The position numbers and the translations under genes are program-made. The notes beneath the pieces were generated by a model. That model was not told the origin of the DNA and searched no databases. It saw only the letters and a list, made by a program, of their open reading frames with translations. 64,000 nucleotides of DNA from Chiloscyllium plagiosum (lineage: Eukaryota), in assembly GCF_004010195.1 (NCBI RefSeq), contig NC_057720.1, forward strand, positions 18,199,087 through 18,263,086, read 5' to 3'. Below are positions 61,990 through 64,000 of the stretch, piece after piece; position 1 is the stretch's first letter; every line of letters starts with the position of its first letter.

Positions 61990-62500
61990 CTCCCATATCT
62001 CTCCAAACCCTTCCTATTCATATATCCATCCAGATGCCTTTTAAATGTTGCAATTGTACAAGCCTCCACCACTTCCTCTGGCAGCTCATTCCACACACAT
62101 ACCTCCCTCTGTGTGAAAAAGTTGTCCCTTAGGTCTCTTTTATATCTTTTCCCTCTCACGCTAAACCTATGCCCTCTAGTTCTGGACTCCCCAACCCCAG
62201 GGAAAAGACCCTGTCCATTTATCCTACCCATGCCCCTCATGATTTTATAAATCTCTACAAGGTCACCATCAACCTCTGACGCTCCATGGAAAACAGCCCT
62301 GGCCTATTCAACCTCTCCCTATAGCTCAAATCTTCCAACCCTGGCAACATCCTTGTAAGTCTTTTCTGAACCCTTTCAAGTTTCCCAACATCTTTCCAAT
62401 AGGAAGATGACCAGATCTGCATGCAATATTCCAAAAGTGGCCTAACCAATATCCTGTACAGCCGCAACATGACCTCCCAACTCCTGTACTCAATACTCTG
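61990..62500 (-). mobile_element. CR1/HER1 3' part
   Basis: EYRSWEVMLRLYRILVRPLLEYCMQIWS...TRGHRFSV...VWNELP. Confidence 0.92.
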
Positions 62501-64000
62501 GTACTTAAAAAAAAAATGAAGTTCCAAGTCAGTGTTTATAAAAGTATTTAAAAAGGTTTAAAAATATTGCTTCAACCATCTCCGGAAAGAATAGCCGAAT
62601 GTGAAATGTGTTGAGAAGGCAAATGAGCAACAAGAAAGACAATGAGTTTCCCCATACTTGTGAATAGCAATTGTATATGAATGTGTTATCAATGTGTCTA
62701 TTGGCCCTCATTCTTAATGAATACAAACAATGAAATCATCACCGCTTACTATTTGACTGACCATTATAACTCTATTGGAACACCAGCACACAACTGAAAA
62801 CTGTGAAGAGTCCTAAAATGGATTAAATTTCCCTTTGAGCAGAAAAAGATCATAAATTTCCAGTACATTGCACAGATCTTGTCTACAGGCATATTTGCAA
62901 TGACCTCAATGACAGCTATTCAGGCATTTTGTGGGCTTCACAGCAGAGACTTCCCCTAATCTGGGAGTCTTTTCCATTACAGTCCCTACTTTATATTGTT
63001 GCTGCGTTTTCAGGAGTAATCCAAGATGCCTTGGTTAGATTCACAGTCATCAATACTTCTAATTGGTAAGAGTCTAAGTTTCTGATACCATGTCAAGAAG
63101 GATGCCCTCACACTGTGGAGCAGAAGGTGTGCTCAATCTTCATAAAAAGGCTTATTACATATTATTTAAAAGCTGTATACATGACCTCTGAGATAACATG
63201 ATTGTCTCTTGTGAGTCATCTAATACAAGTTAAAATACACATTACTGTTCGCTACTTGTGTACAGCTGGTTAGCTCCTCCCAGGATCAGTTCTTTCAGCC
63301 TTGATAGGCAGAGCTTAAACTTGTGATGTCAGTTAGCCCCTTCAGATACTAATGGTCTTATTGAATAGCACACTCCATGTGGCTTTTGAGCACTGCGTGC
63401 AACTGGAATGAATATCCAACATTAATTAGATATGAATGATGTAGAAAACAAAAAAGCATTCAAAATTAATTTGATATTAAGGGAAACAGATCAAATAAAG
63501 ATATGATCTTGTTTTAAAAGCTCGCACCTGGATTTTCTTCTGAATGAACTAAACTTCAAAACTATTTTTCTAGGTCTGACAGATTGTTTAGCAATTACTT
63601 GTTACACGATCAAACTCATTTTCTCCAAAATGCACTAGATATATTGCATTCATCTCTCTAGTGGAAAATCAATGAATAAATAACCCAATTCGTACTAGTT
63701 CTGATTTCAGTGCTAAGTCCTTCATGGAAGCTAACAACTTCACACGTCCTGAGAAGTAGCGTGTTTCTAACAGCAACTTCTGGATTTCTGCATGTAACTG
63801 CACATTTATGGAAGACAGTGGTTGAGATTGGATTTATCCTGTAATAACAGTTCAGGTCTTGTCCTTAATTGCCCTGCAAATTCACAAAAGTCAAATTTTA
63901 AAAAAAATATTCATTCACGGGGCGGGAGGGGAGTGGCATTTATTGTCCATCCCAAATTGCCCAGAGAGGCACTTAAGAGTCATCAACATTGCTGTCTGGA

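Noticed and set aside
54351..64000. EVI5 first exon or promoter
   Set aside because: No CpG island or recognisable EVI5 coding sequence; the region is largely repeats. A short non-coding exon cannot be excluded by eye.

Overview
Vertebrate genomic DNA, inferred to be shark because it carries HE1-type SINEs and HER1/CR1 LINEs. The only host gene recognised is EVI5 (TBC-domain Rab-GAP) on the minus strand. Five exons are present (54350-54121, 17088-16899, 13451-13227, 2471-2397, 607-482; 230, 190, 225, 75 and 126 nt). All have GT-AG boundaries and splice into one continuous frame; both ends of the gene lie outside the recognised part. The introns are mostly transposon-derived: many CR1 copies, L2-, RTE- and Rex/Babar-like fragments, three SINE types, Penelope-like elements with hammerhead motifs, a Tigger-like MITE, a decayed Gypsy provirus (39505-44097, TSD GAAGG) and a related solo LTR. 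There is also a tRNA-Phe pseudogene and a 664-N gap. The most striking observation is that one 14-bp TATA-like site of this LTR family (ATAAACAGGARTGT) has received three different A-tailed insertions. All three are in the same orientation and each duplicates the site, while a third LTR copy shows the empty site. This points to an LTR-targeting, site-specific retrotransposition system. Repeat boundaries were read by eye and are approximate unless stated; family names are from recognition, not database searches.
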